This document shows positions 9,699 to 17,971 of a DNA stretch of 64,000 nucleotides, piece after piece. The position numbers were made by a program, and so were the translations under genes. Position 1 is the first letter of the stretch, and every line of letters starts with the position of its first letter. The stretch is taken from assembly GCA_964433025.1 (NCBI GenBank), contig CAYSPV010000003.1, forward strand, positions 1,194-65,193, written 5' to 3'. Below the pieces are notes generated by a model, which did not search any database, was not told the origin of the DNA, and saw only the letters and a program-made list of their open reading frames with translations. The stretch is from an uncultured Staphylococcaceae bacterium (lineage in GTDB: Bacteria > Bacillota_I > Bacilli_A > RFN20 > CAG-826).

Positions 9699-9959
9699 TT
9701 ATTTCTTTGCTAATTCTTTATATGCTTCTAGGTTTTCTTCAATTTTTTCTTTTGCAATCTTTTTAACAAGATTATCTGGAAGATATTCTACTGTAGACTT
9801 TTTACGTTTAATTTCAAATGGAACAGCTTGGTCTCTTATAGCTTGTCTAAAAAACATATTAACCGCAGCAGATAATGATAGTCCAAAATCTCCAAATAAT
9901 TCTTCAACTTCATTTTTTAAATCTTTATCTATACGTATTGTGATATTAACATTTCCCAT
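9699..9959 (-). CDS. RelB/DinJ-family (RHH) antitoxin-like protein, 87 aa, with no adjacent toxin gene.
   Basis: MGNVNITIRIDKDLKNEVEELFGDFGLSLSAAVNMFFRQAIRD matches the DinJ/RelB N-terminal RHH. The true start is the internal Met preceded by AAGGAGGG. The track's longer ORF (to 10046) has no RBS. Confidence 0.7.
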   Translation of the reverse strand: MGNVNITIRIDKDLKNEVEELFGDFGLSLSAAVNMFFRQAIRDQAVPFEIKRKKSTVEYLPDNLVKKIAKEKIEENLEAYKELAKK

Positions 9960-10139
9960 AAATTGCCCTCCTTTATACATACAATGTAATACAAATAGTG
10001 GACAAAATAAATATACATAATGTGTATTGTACATATTTTGACACATGGTATTTAAGGAATACCGCTGTGATGAAATATATGCTAATATTTATATAGAGAT
10101 TTATTCTATAAATCTATCTTAGAAAGAATATCATCTATC

Positions 10140-11000
10140 ATGACTAAACAACTAAATCAAAAACTACAAGATTATTTAAATAAAAATGGTTTTAATTTAA
10201 ATTTTGAATTTATCAATTCATATGAAAATGATTATTTTAAAAATACATCATTTACATCTAAATATAGATCATGGAATTTATTAATCTTAACAGGTATAAC
10301 TAAAAGTAATAAATCAGATAATAATAAAGATTATGATATAGATCTTATAAATAAAATAACGAAGTTATTATATGAATCTAATGATGAAGATCTAATTAAT
10401 ATAGCCTGGAATACATTTATTAATTATTGTCATGATGATAATAGATATATTTTATATGCCCCAATGAGTAGGGCATATAATCAATATCAATTAAATAAAG
10501 ATAATATATTTAATAATCACACGAATATATTAGAAACAGATAGATTAATATTAAGACCTAATAATGATAAAGATAATAAGATGTGTATAAACACATCTAA
10601 TCCATCATGTATAAGCTTTAATATCTTTAAAAAAGATAATGATGAATTAATAGGTATATATACATTATCTTATAATGATCTTAATGAAGATTATTTAGAT
10701 ATTAATTATTACTTTAAAGATAAAGAATATATAAAAGAATCTATAGATTTATTAGTGGCCGCTCTTAAAGATAAACAAGTTATATTTTATATAGAAAAAC
10801 ATAAAGACTATATATTTGAAGAATATATGCCTAATCCTATATATCTACGTATAGAAGTTCCTTTTGAAGACGAAGATAGAAATAACATAGCTAAAGCATT
10901 AGGCTTTGACTTAGTGGCCACTAAAACTAATGATAGATATTCTGATGAAGATACAAAATTAGAAACAATTAATACATATTTATTAAAGATAAGAGATTAG
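10140..11000 (+). CDS. Paralog 1 of a 4-member family: unknown N-terminal domain (conserved LLYESxDEDLxNIAWNTF) plus a degenerate GNAT (Acetyltransf_3/RimL-like) domain.
   Basis: LETDRLILRP is the classic Acetyltransf_3 N-terminal strand. C-terminal motifs IGxxxL, YYF and AKALGFDLV follow the GNAT fold. No RxxGxG/A acetyl-CoA motif. Confidence 0.6.
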   Translation: MTKQLNQKLQDYLNKNGFNLNFEFINSYENDYFKNTSFTSKYRSWNLLILTGITKSNKSDNNKDYDIDLINKITKLLYESNDEDLINIAWNTFINYCHDDNRYILYAPMSRAYNQYQLNKDNIFNNHTNILETDRLILRPNNDKDNKMCINTSNPSCISFNIFKKDNDELIGIYTLSYNDLNEDYLDINYYFKDKEYIKESIDLLVAALKDKQVIFYIEKHKDYIFEEYMPNPIYLRIEVPFEDEDRNNIAKALGFDLVATKTNDRYSDEDTKLETINTYLLKIRD

Positions 11001-11096
11001 ATTAAGTATTGAATTTATTTATATAAATATAAATGATTTATATGTTTTTATATTGCCCTTTAAATAGGAAAGGTATATGTAAGGGTCAATAAACCC

Positions 11097-11126
11097 TTGA
11101 AAAAAAAAAAAAAAAAAACGTAGAAT
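11097..11126 (+). promoter_or_regulatory. Promoter of the GmrSD-like gene: TTGAAA -N18- TAGAAT, with the spacer made almost entirely of a 19-nt poly(A) tract (11100-11118).
   Basis: -35 at 11097-11102, -10 at 11121-11126, and SD GTGAGGT before ATG 11158. Preceded by the hairpin AAGGGtcaataaaCCCTT (11081-11097). Confidence 0.5.
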
Positions 11127-11157
11127 TTTTTCTTGTAATATTTAGTGAGGTATAAGC

Positions 11158-12948
11158 ATGGGAAAATTTAGCATTATCAGTAACCCAGTTAGTTTTTTTA
11201 TAAGTAATATTGAAGCTGGAGCTTTAGGACTTCCTGAACTTCAACGTCCTTTTGTATGGGAAGATAAAAAAGCTAGAGATCTATTAAAATCTATGCTAAA
11301 TGGTTTTCCTATTGGCTTTATAATTTTATGGAAACAAGATAGTTCAGTACGAACTAAAAAAGTGAATTTAGAAAGTGGAGGTTATAAAGAACCTAATGAA
11401 GTAATTATTGATGGTCAACAAAGATTAACCTCTCTATATTCAATAATTAAAAATCGTGAAATATTTGATAAAAATTACAAAAAAAGAAAAATCATTATTT
11501 CATATAATCCTAATAATGATGAATTAGAAGTTGGCTCAGCGGCACATAAACAATCTCCAGATTGGATTTATAATATATCCGATATTTTTATAAATGATTC
11601 TTATGATGTATGGAATGCATATGTAAAAAGAAAAATAGAATCACTAGAAAGAAATGGTGAAATCATAACTGAAGAATATAAAGAACAATTAAAAAAGAAA
11701 ATATCCGCTAAGATAACTAATTTTAAAAAAACAATTCTTGATTATGATTTACCATATTTACAAATATATAATGATGTCGATGAAGAAGATGTGGCAAATA
11801 TATTTGTAAATATTAATTCTGGTGGCACTAAATTAAATCAATCAGATTTTATATTAACTCTTGTTTCTGTTCATTATCCTGACGGTAGAACACTAATTGA
11901 AAAATTTTGTAGTGATATGACTAAACATTTAGAAGATGAAAGAGAAGATATTTGTAATCCATTATTTAAATTTGAACCCGCTGATATTATAAGAATAGTG
12001 ATGGCGCTTGGATTTAAAAGAGGACGTTTAGTGTATGGCTATAAATTATTAAGAGGCGCGGATTTTGAAAAAAGAGGCGTTATTGATGAAGAATTAAGAA
12101 ATGAAAGATTTAAGGTTTTTGAACAAACATTAAACAAAGTATTAGATCGTAATAATTTTAAAGAATTTTTAAAATGTATTTATAAAAGCGGATTTGCTCA
12201 TAAAGATCTTCTTAGATCAAGAATAAATATTGTATATGCCTATGCTTTTTGGTTAATTGGAAAATATGATTTTAATATCGATATTTCTACTTTAAGTAAG
12301 ACTATAGCAAAATCATTTTATTTCTTTAATTTAACTTCTAGATATAGTGGTTCATTTGAAAGTTTATTTGAAAGTGAATTAAAAAAATTAGATATAGCAG
12401 ATAAAACAAGTGAATCATTTATAGAAATATTAGAAGAAGGACAAAAATTTAAATTAACTGATGATTTCTTTAATATTGAGCTAATTGGAATATTAAAAAA
12501 TACAGGTACATATTCTAGTGAATATAATACATATTACGCTGCTCAAAATATTTTAGAAGCTAAAGTATTATTTTCCAATCCTCAAATAAGTACACTAACA
12601 GCCTATACCCAACCTTTAAGTGGTAATAGAAAAGCAGTGGAATCACATCATTTATTTCCTAAAAATTATCTACATAATTTAGGATATAGAGAAGTTAATA
12701 TAAAAGATTTAGCAAATAGAGCTCTTGTTGAATGGTCAGATAATATGAAAGCCGAAGATAAAGCACCTAAAGATTATTATCCTGAATTTATTAAAAATAT
12801 GACTGAAGATGAAATAAAAAACATGCTTGATCTTAATGCATTACCTGATAATTGGTATGAAATGGAATATCTTGAATTTTTAGATGAAAGAAGAAAACTA
12901 ATAGCCCAAATAATTCGTAGAGGCTATGAAAAATTAAAAAAAGTTTAA
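11158..12948 (+). CDS. GmrSD-family type IV (modification-dependent) restriction endonuclease: N-terminal DUF262 (ParB-like NTPase) plus C-terminal DUF1524 (His-Me finger).
   Basis: DUF262 motifs LPELQRPFVWE and DGQQRLTSL are present. The C-terminal HHLFPKNYL...VEWSDN matches the DUF1524 HNH-like motif. Length is 596 aa. Confidence 0.8.
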   Translation: MGKFSIISNPVSFFISNIEAGALGLPELQRPFVWEDKKARDLLKSMLNGFPIGFIILWKQDSSVRTKKVNLESGGYKEPNEVIIDGQQRLTSLYSIIKNREIFDKNYKKRKIIISYNPNNDELEVGSAAHKQSPDWIYNISDIFINDSYDVWNAYVKRKIESLERNGEIITEEYKEQLKKKISAKITNFKKTILDYDLPYLQIYNDVDEEDVANIFVNINSGGTKLNQSDFILTLVSVHYPDGRTLIEKFCSDMTKHLEDEREDICNPLFKFEPADIIRIVMALGFKRGRLVYGYKLLRGADFEKRGVIDEELRNERFKVFEQTLNKVLDRNNFKEFLKCIYKSGFAHKDLLRSRINIVYAYAFWLIGKYDFNIDISTLSKTIAKSFYFFNLTSRYSGSFESLFESELKKLDIADKTSESFIEILEEGQKFKLTDDFFNIELIGILKNTGTYSSEYNTYYAAQNILEAKVLFSNPQISTLTAYTQPLSGNRKAVESHHLFPKNYLHNLGYREVNIKDLANRALVEWSDNMKAEDKAPKDYYPEFIKNMTEDEIKNMLDLNALPDNWYEMEYLEFLDERRKLIAQIIRRGYEKLKKV

Positions 12949-13062
12949 ATAATAATTATTTAAAGTAATAAACATATAAAGAAATAAAATCTACACAAAA
13001 TAGATCGTTTTAATAATGTCCAATAAACGGTACATGGTGGTTGAGGACCCCTAATAGTGGCG

Positions 13063-13092
13063 TTGACATAAAAAAAAAAAAAAAAGTATTAT
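13063..13092 (+). promoter_or_regulatory. Promoter of paralog 2: TTGACA -N18- TATTAT, with the spacer dominated by a 16-nt poly(A) tract (13070-13085).
   Basis: Perfect -35 at 13063-68 and -10 at 13087-92. The TAATAGTGG box lies immediately upstream. SD AAGGAGGT precedes ATG 13194. Confidence 0.5.
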
Positions 13093-13193
13093 AAACGCGA
13101 TGACATTTCTAGGTAGGAAATTTACATCTTAAGAAGAACAATTGATTTGTTTTTTGATTGAATAAATCAATAGACCAAGGAGGTACTCGGATT

Positions 13194-14153
13194 ATGTTAA
13201 CTGCTGATTTATTTTTAAAACTTAAGGAGTGCTTAAACGAAGAAAAAGTGGATTTTGGATTATATCCTTTTAATCTTCGTTTTGAGGATAATAAAAATCT
13301 TTCTTGGACTGGTAAATATGTATCATTAAACTTACTAGTGCTTACTGGTATTGCTAAATATAATCTATATCTTTTTAATGAGAAAAGTACAAAAATAGAA
13401 GACTATGATATAGATCTTATAAATCAAATCACTAAGTTATTATATGAATCTGGTGATGAAGATTTAAAAAATATAGCCTGGAATACCTTTTTTGAAGATT
13501 GTCAAGATGATGAAAGATTTATTCTTTATAAGGAAATAAATGCTGCTTTAGATGAAAAAGATGAACTATATGAAAAAGGAATAAATTTTAATCATACCAA
13601 AGAATTAGAAACTGAAAATTTGTTAATAAGACCTCAAAGAACTGAAGATAGTGAAATAATAGCAGATGATTTTATTGAATACGACCTTTTCAACATCCAC
13701 CATACAAGCATAGTTTCTACTTGTGATGAAACATGTTGTAGTTTTAATTTATTTTTAAAATCTAGCAATGATTTAATAGGTGCAATAGCGTTTGATTTCG
13801 GTGAAGATCAACTTGATGACAAAATGATGGATGTACATTACTACTTAATGGAAAAATATAAAAATAATATTGAGTATTTAAAAGAAGGATTGCAAGCAAT
13901 AATTAACGCTTTTAGGGAAAGAAAAGTAGTGTTATATTGTGAAAAACATAAAAAGGCAGTGTTTGAAGAATGGATACCAAACCCTGAATTTTTAGCTATA
14001 GAATGTAAAGATGATGACACTAATAGTAATGAAATAGCTAAATACTTAGGATTTGAATTTACTGGTGGTGATACTGAATTCGTATTTTGGGATGATAAAG
14101 ACGACCTAAGAACAAATAAAACAAACATATATCTATTAAAGGTAAATAAATAA
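13194..14153 (+). CDS. Paralog 2: unknown N-terminal domain plus degenerate GNAT domain. The track's ORF starts at 13158, but the RBS supports a start at 13194 (MLTADLFLKLKECL).
   Basis: Shares the N-terminal MLTxxLxxKLxxxL, the LLYESGDEDLKNIAWNTF block, LETENLLIRP and a C-terminal LGFEF with its paralogs. Confidence 0.6.
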   Translation: MLTADLFLKLKECLNEEKVDFGLYPFNLRFEDNKNLSWTGKYVSLNLLVLTGIAKYNLYLFNEKSTKIEDYDIDLINQITKLLYESGDEDLKNIAWNTFFEDCQDDERFILYKEINAALDEKDELYEKGINFNHTKELETENLLIRPQRTEDSEIIADDFIEYDLFNIHHTSIVSTCDETCCSFNLFLKSSNDLIGAIAFDFGEDQLDDKMMDVHYYLMEKYKNNIEYLKEGLQAIINAFRERKVVLYCEKHKKAVFEEWIPNPEFLAIECKDDDTNSNEIAKYLGFEFTGGDTEFVFWDDKDDLRTNKTNIYLLKVNK

Positions 14154-14237
14154 AAATCTTTAATAGTGCTTTAATTTATAAAGAAAGGAACTATACACTA
14201 TGCTAACATATGAATTACTTGAAAAACTTGAAAAATA
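14151..14237 (+). repeat. Direct repeat copy A. Covers the intergenic end and the first 38 nt of paralog 3. Copy B is 15121-15206.
   Basis: TAAAAA(T/A)CTTTAATAGTGC ... AGAAAGGAACTATACACTATGCTAACATATGAATTACTTGAAAAACTTGAAAA is near-identical in both copies. Repeat period is about 970 bp. Confidence 0.7.
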
Positions 14238-15123
14238 TTTAAGAAGGAAAAAAATAATAACAAATGCGTTTTTTAGTATTAATTATTCTACATCTGAAGG
14301 ATACTGGCTACATACATATGAGTCATGGGAATTATTAGCACTTACTGGGATGGCTAAGTATGCAGTTACACCCGATATTACTCCTAATGATGAAGATATT
14401 GAGTTAGCAAATAAAATCGTAAAATTATTATATGAATCTGGTGATGAAGATTTAAAAAATATTGCTTGGACTACATTTGCTCATTATGGAATTTGGGATG
14501 AAAGGTTTGTTCTTTGTAAGGAAATAACTACAGCTTGTCATAAAAAGGGTTATAAGAAAAATTGTAATCGCACTAAAGATATAGGAACAGATAATTTAAT
14601 AATAAGACGTCAAAATGCTAATGATGCTGAAAAAATTAAAGAAGATTCTGAAAATTGTGGTTCATTTATAGATTTCTTCAAATACTCTTCTGTGAGTGAT
14701 GAAACAGAGATTTGTTTTAGTTTATTTTTAAAAACTAATAATGAACTAATAGGTGCATTAGGATTTGACTTCGGTCCTTATCCAAGTGGTGATAAAGCAA
14801 CTATACATTACTATTTATTGGAAAAATATAAAGATAATGTCGAATATATAAAAGAAGCCTTACAAGCAATAATAAACACTATAAAAGAAAGAAAATTTAT
14901 AATCTATGTACAAAAACATAGATATTTTATCTATGAAGAATACGCACCAGATGTCCAATATTTATTAATTGAAAGTATAGGAGATTCTAGTATTGTTTAT
15001 GATAAATTAGCTAAATATTTAGGGTTTGAATTTGTTGGTGCTAGACTTGATGATTATCTTTTATATGGTCTAGATGAAAAAGATAAAACTAATGTATATG
15101 TATTAAAAATAAAAAATAAATAA
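14200..15123 (+). CDS. Paralog 3: unknown N-terminal domain plus degenerate GNAT domain.
   Basis: MLTYELLEKLEKYL; LLYESGDEDLKNIAWTTF; LIIRRQ; LGFEFVG. RBS is AAAGGAA. Confidence 0.6.
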   Translation: MLTYELLEKLEKYLRRKKIITNAFFSINYSTSEGYWLHTYESWELLALTGMAKYAVTPDITPNDEDIELANKIVKLLYESGDEDLKNIAWTTFAHYGIWDERFVLCKEITTACHKKGYKKNCNRTKDIGTDNLIIRRQNANDAEKIKEDSENCGSFIDFFKYSSVSDETEICFSLFLKTNNELIGALGFDFGPYPSGDKATIHYYLLEKYKDNVEYIKEALQAIINTIKERKFIIYVQKHRYFIYEEYAPDVQYLLIESIGDSSIVYDKLAKYLGFEFVGARLDDYLLYGLDEKDKTNVYVLKIKNK

Positions 15124-15206
15124 AAAACTTTAATAGTGCAAAAAATATTAAGAAAGGAACTATACACTATGCTAACATATGAATTACTTGAAAAACTTGA
15201 AAATTA
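15121..15206 (+). repeat. Direct repeat copy B (5' end of paralog 4 and its upstream region).
   Basis: See copy A. Identical stretches are 14181-14237 and 15150-15206. Confidence 0.7.
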
Positions 15207-16110
15207 TCTAAAAAGTAAAGGATTGAATTATGAATTTAATTCTTACAATTACGAGGATAAAAGTTTTTTCTCTGGGAGAACATGGACTGACAAATATGTG
15301 TCTTGGAATTTGTTGATACTTACTGATATTATTAAAAACAATATATTAAATTCTGATGGCTCACAATCTCCAATATATAATATTGAATTAATAAATAAAA
15401 TCACTAAGTTGTTGTATGAATCAGGCGATGAGGATTTAAAAAATATAGCCTGGAATACTTTTTTTGACCTGTCGGATGATGAAAGATTTATTCTCCATGA
15501 GGAAATGAACTCTGCTTTTAATAAATGGCTTTTCGAACCAAGGGTTACCAATCACACTGATAAATTAGAGACGCCTAATTTAATAATAAAAGCAAATAAT
15601 AAAGAAGATTCCAAAAAATTAAAAGCTTATATAGATAAATATGATTCTGAGAATAAAAGACCATACTATAGAATGATTCGTGACTATGATGCCAACACAA
15701 ATCTCTGTTTTAATTTATTTTTAAAATCTAGTAATAAAATAATCGGTTTTATTGTTTTATATTTTGAAAAATATCCTAATGAAGAAAAAGCATATTTAGA
15801 TTTTTATTTAAAGAAAAAATATCAAAACAAAATAGACTATTTAAAAGAGGCTTTGACAGAAATAATAAAAGCTTTAAATGAAAGAAAAGTCATGTTTTAT
15901 TGCTATAAACACAAACGATATGTACTTGAAGAATGGATTCCTAATATAAAGGTTTTGTTTATAGAAGATGTTAATAGTGCTTCTGGTGAAGTAGCTAAAG
16001 CGACAGGCTTTGAATTTATTGGGACAAACTCTATTTTTGTATTAGACGAAAAATATGACGGTTTTCTTCATGAAATATGTGATATATACGCTTTAAAACT
16101 AAAAGATTAA
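15169..16110 (+). CDS. Paralog 4: unknown N-terminal domain plus degenerate GNAT domain. The track ORF starts at 15136, but the real start is 15169 (its 5' end is identical to paralog 3).
   Basis: MLTYELLEKLENYL; LLYESGDEDLKNIAWNTF; LETPNLIIK; TGFEFIG. Confidence 0.6.
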   Translation: MLTYELLEKLENYLKSKGLNYEFNSYNYEDKSFFSGRTWTDKYVSWNLLILTDIIKNNILNSDGSQSPIYNIELINKITKLLYESGDEDLKNIAWNTFFDLSDDERFILHEEMNSAFNKWLFEPRVTNHTDKLETPNLIIKANNKEDSKKLKAYIDKYDSENKRPYYRMIRDYDANTNLCFNLFLKSSNKIIGFIVLYFEKYPNEEKAYLDFYLKKKYQNKIDYLKEALTEIIKALNERKVMFYCYKHKRYVLEEWIPNIKVLFIEDVNSASGEVAKATGFEFIGTNSIFVLDEKYDGFLHEICDIYALKLKD

Positions 16111-16177
16111 TAAATCTATTAAGAATAATAATATAAGCAGACCAAAAAAAATCATTTAAACAAAGGAGACTAATAAT

Positions 16178-17971
16178 ATGGAAGTAGATAATCAATACAT
16201 AGTTTCAGAATTACAAGCAAGGCAAACTGACACCGCAGCTATTAAAAGAAATGACGAAGCTAAAAAAATAAGAGATGAATTTAGATCTAAATTTGGCCCT
16301 GATGTTTTGAAAAACATTAAAGAAGATGAGGTTATTGCAAAGTTGTTTTCAAAAGAAACTGTAAACCGAGACAGCTTGTTTCATTATCTCGAATACAACA
16401 AAAACAACAATCAAGTATTTGGAGGAATAGCTGGCGGTAATGATAGAAAATGCATTTGTAAATATGATAGAAATAGCAAGACATGGGTTTTTTATGAAAG
16501 TAGTGGGCAAAAAGAAATATCTGAAGATGGCGCAATTAAATACAGCATGGAGATAATAGATACATTAATAAAATCTTGCGAAATAGTAGATAAACATTAC
16601 AGCAACAATGAAATTGATTATTCAAGTTTATATGAAGAATTTGAAAAAGAATTTGCTAATAATGATATTGGTAAAATCGTCATAAAACAACTATGGTTTA
16701 TGAAATATCTCAATATGCTATATCCTAATTTATTAGTTAGTTGGTATAACGAATATATGTTAGATCAACCTATTAAGTACTTGGAAATTTCAGATGGAAA
16801 TATCGATATAACTAGTGAATACAAAAGAAGATTTATTAAAAATGGATCTATCGCAAATTTTTGTAGAAATCATAGTATTTCAACTGATATTTTCTATTAC
16901 CTAATGCAGTGGGAACGAATCCCAGGCGTGAGAATAAAAACAAAAAAAGAAGGAAATAAAGAAATGGAGGATAATATTCAAAAAGCTACTACAAATAACA
17001 ACGAAACACCAATTAATAAAGAAAAAGCTAAAGGCGAAAACCTTATCGTCTATGGTGTCCCTGGTGTAGGTAAAAGCCATTATGTAGATGAAGAATACAA
17101 ATTAAAAGGTGTAAATAAAAATTTCTTTGAAAGAGTAGTGTTCCATCCTGACTACACCTATTCAGATTTTGTAGGACAAATTATGCCTAATGTGGATGAA
17201 AATGGCAAACTAACTTATAAATTTGAACCAGGACCATTTACACGTATTTTAGCAAGAGCAATAAATGATACAGAAAATAAGTATTATCTAGTTATTGAAG
17301 AAATCAACAGGGGTAATGCTGCGGCAATATTTGGTGATATATTCCAATTATTAGATAGAGAAAAAGATGGTACAGGTAGATATGATATAACAAATAAAGA
17401 TATCGCTAAAGAAGTTTATGGTTCTAGTGATAGTAATAAAAAAATACGTATACCATCTAATTTAAGTATTATTGCTACGATGAATACATCTGATCAAAAT
17501 GTATATACATTAGATACTGCATTTCAAAGAAGATGGAAAATGCATTTAATTCCTAATAAGTTTAAAGAAGATAAAACTGATAAAAATTATATCGGAAATG
17601 TCGAATTATTCGATAGTGGTATTACCTGGAGAGAATTCTGTGAAAAAGTTAATAAAAAAATATTAGATAATAATTCTTCATATATCTCTACAGAAGACAA
17701 ACGTTTAGGTATTCATTTTGTAAGTAGAGAAGAAATTGAAAAGACTGAAGCTAAACAAGCTTTTGCAGAAAAAGTCTTAAAATATCTATGGGATGACGCT
17801 TTTAAAAATAATAGAGAAGAATTATTTAATAAGAACTGCGAATCTTTAGAAGATGTCATAGATAAATTTAAAGATAGTAAAGATAATGGATTTGCTGCTG
17901 TATTAAATATTGAGTTTAATGACGTAAACAATGAAAGCAGTGATAATACCACAAATGAAGAATCAAATTAG
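16178..17971 (+). CDS. McrB-like AAA+ GTPase of a McrBC-type type IV restriction system, with an unrecognised N-terminal domain of about 290 aa.
   Basis: Walker A YGVPGVGKSH. McrB signatures IEEINRGNAAAIFGDIFQLLDRE and IIATMNTSDQNVYTLDTAFQRRW are present. RBS is AAAGGAG. Confidence 0.85.
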   Translation: MEVDNQYIVSELQARQTDTAAIKRNDEAKKIRDEFRSKFGPDVLKNIKEDEVIAKLFSKETVNRDSLFHYLEYNKNNNQVFGGIAGGNDRKCICKYDRNSKTWVFYESSGQKEISEDGAIKYSMEIIDTLIKSCEIVDKHYSNNEIDYSSLYEEFEKEFANNDIGKIVIKQLWFMKYLNMLYPNLLVSWYNEYMLDQPIKYLEISDGNIDITSEYKRRFIKNGSIANFCRNHSISTDIFYYLMQWERIPGVRIKTKKEGNKEMEDNIQKATTNNNETPINKEKAKGENLIVYGVPGVGKSHYVDEEYKLKGVNKNFFERVVFHPDYTYSDFVGQIMPNVDENGKLTYKFEPGPFTRILARAINDTENKYYLVIEEINRGNAAAIFGDIFQLLDREKDGTGRYDITNKDIAKEVYGSSDSNKKIRIPSNLSIIATMNTSDQNVYTLDTAFQRRWKMHLIPNKFKEDKTDKNYIGNVELFDSGITWREFCEKVNKKILDNNSSYISTEDKRLGIHFVSREEIEKTEAKQAFAEKVLKYLWDDAFKNNREELFNKNCESLEDVIDKFKDSKDNGFAAVLNIEFNDVNNESSDNTTNEESN

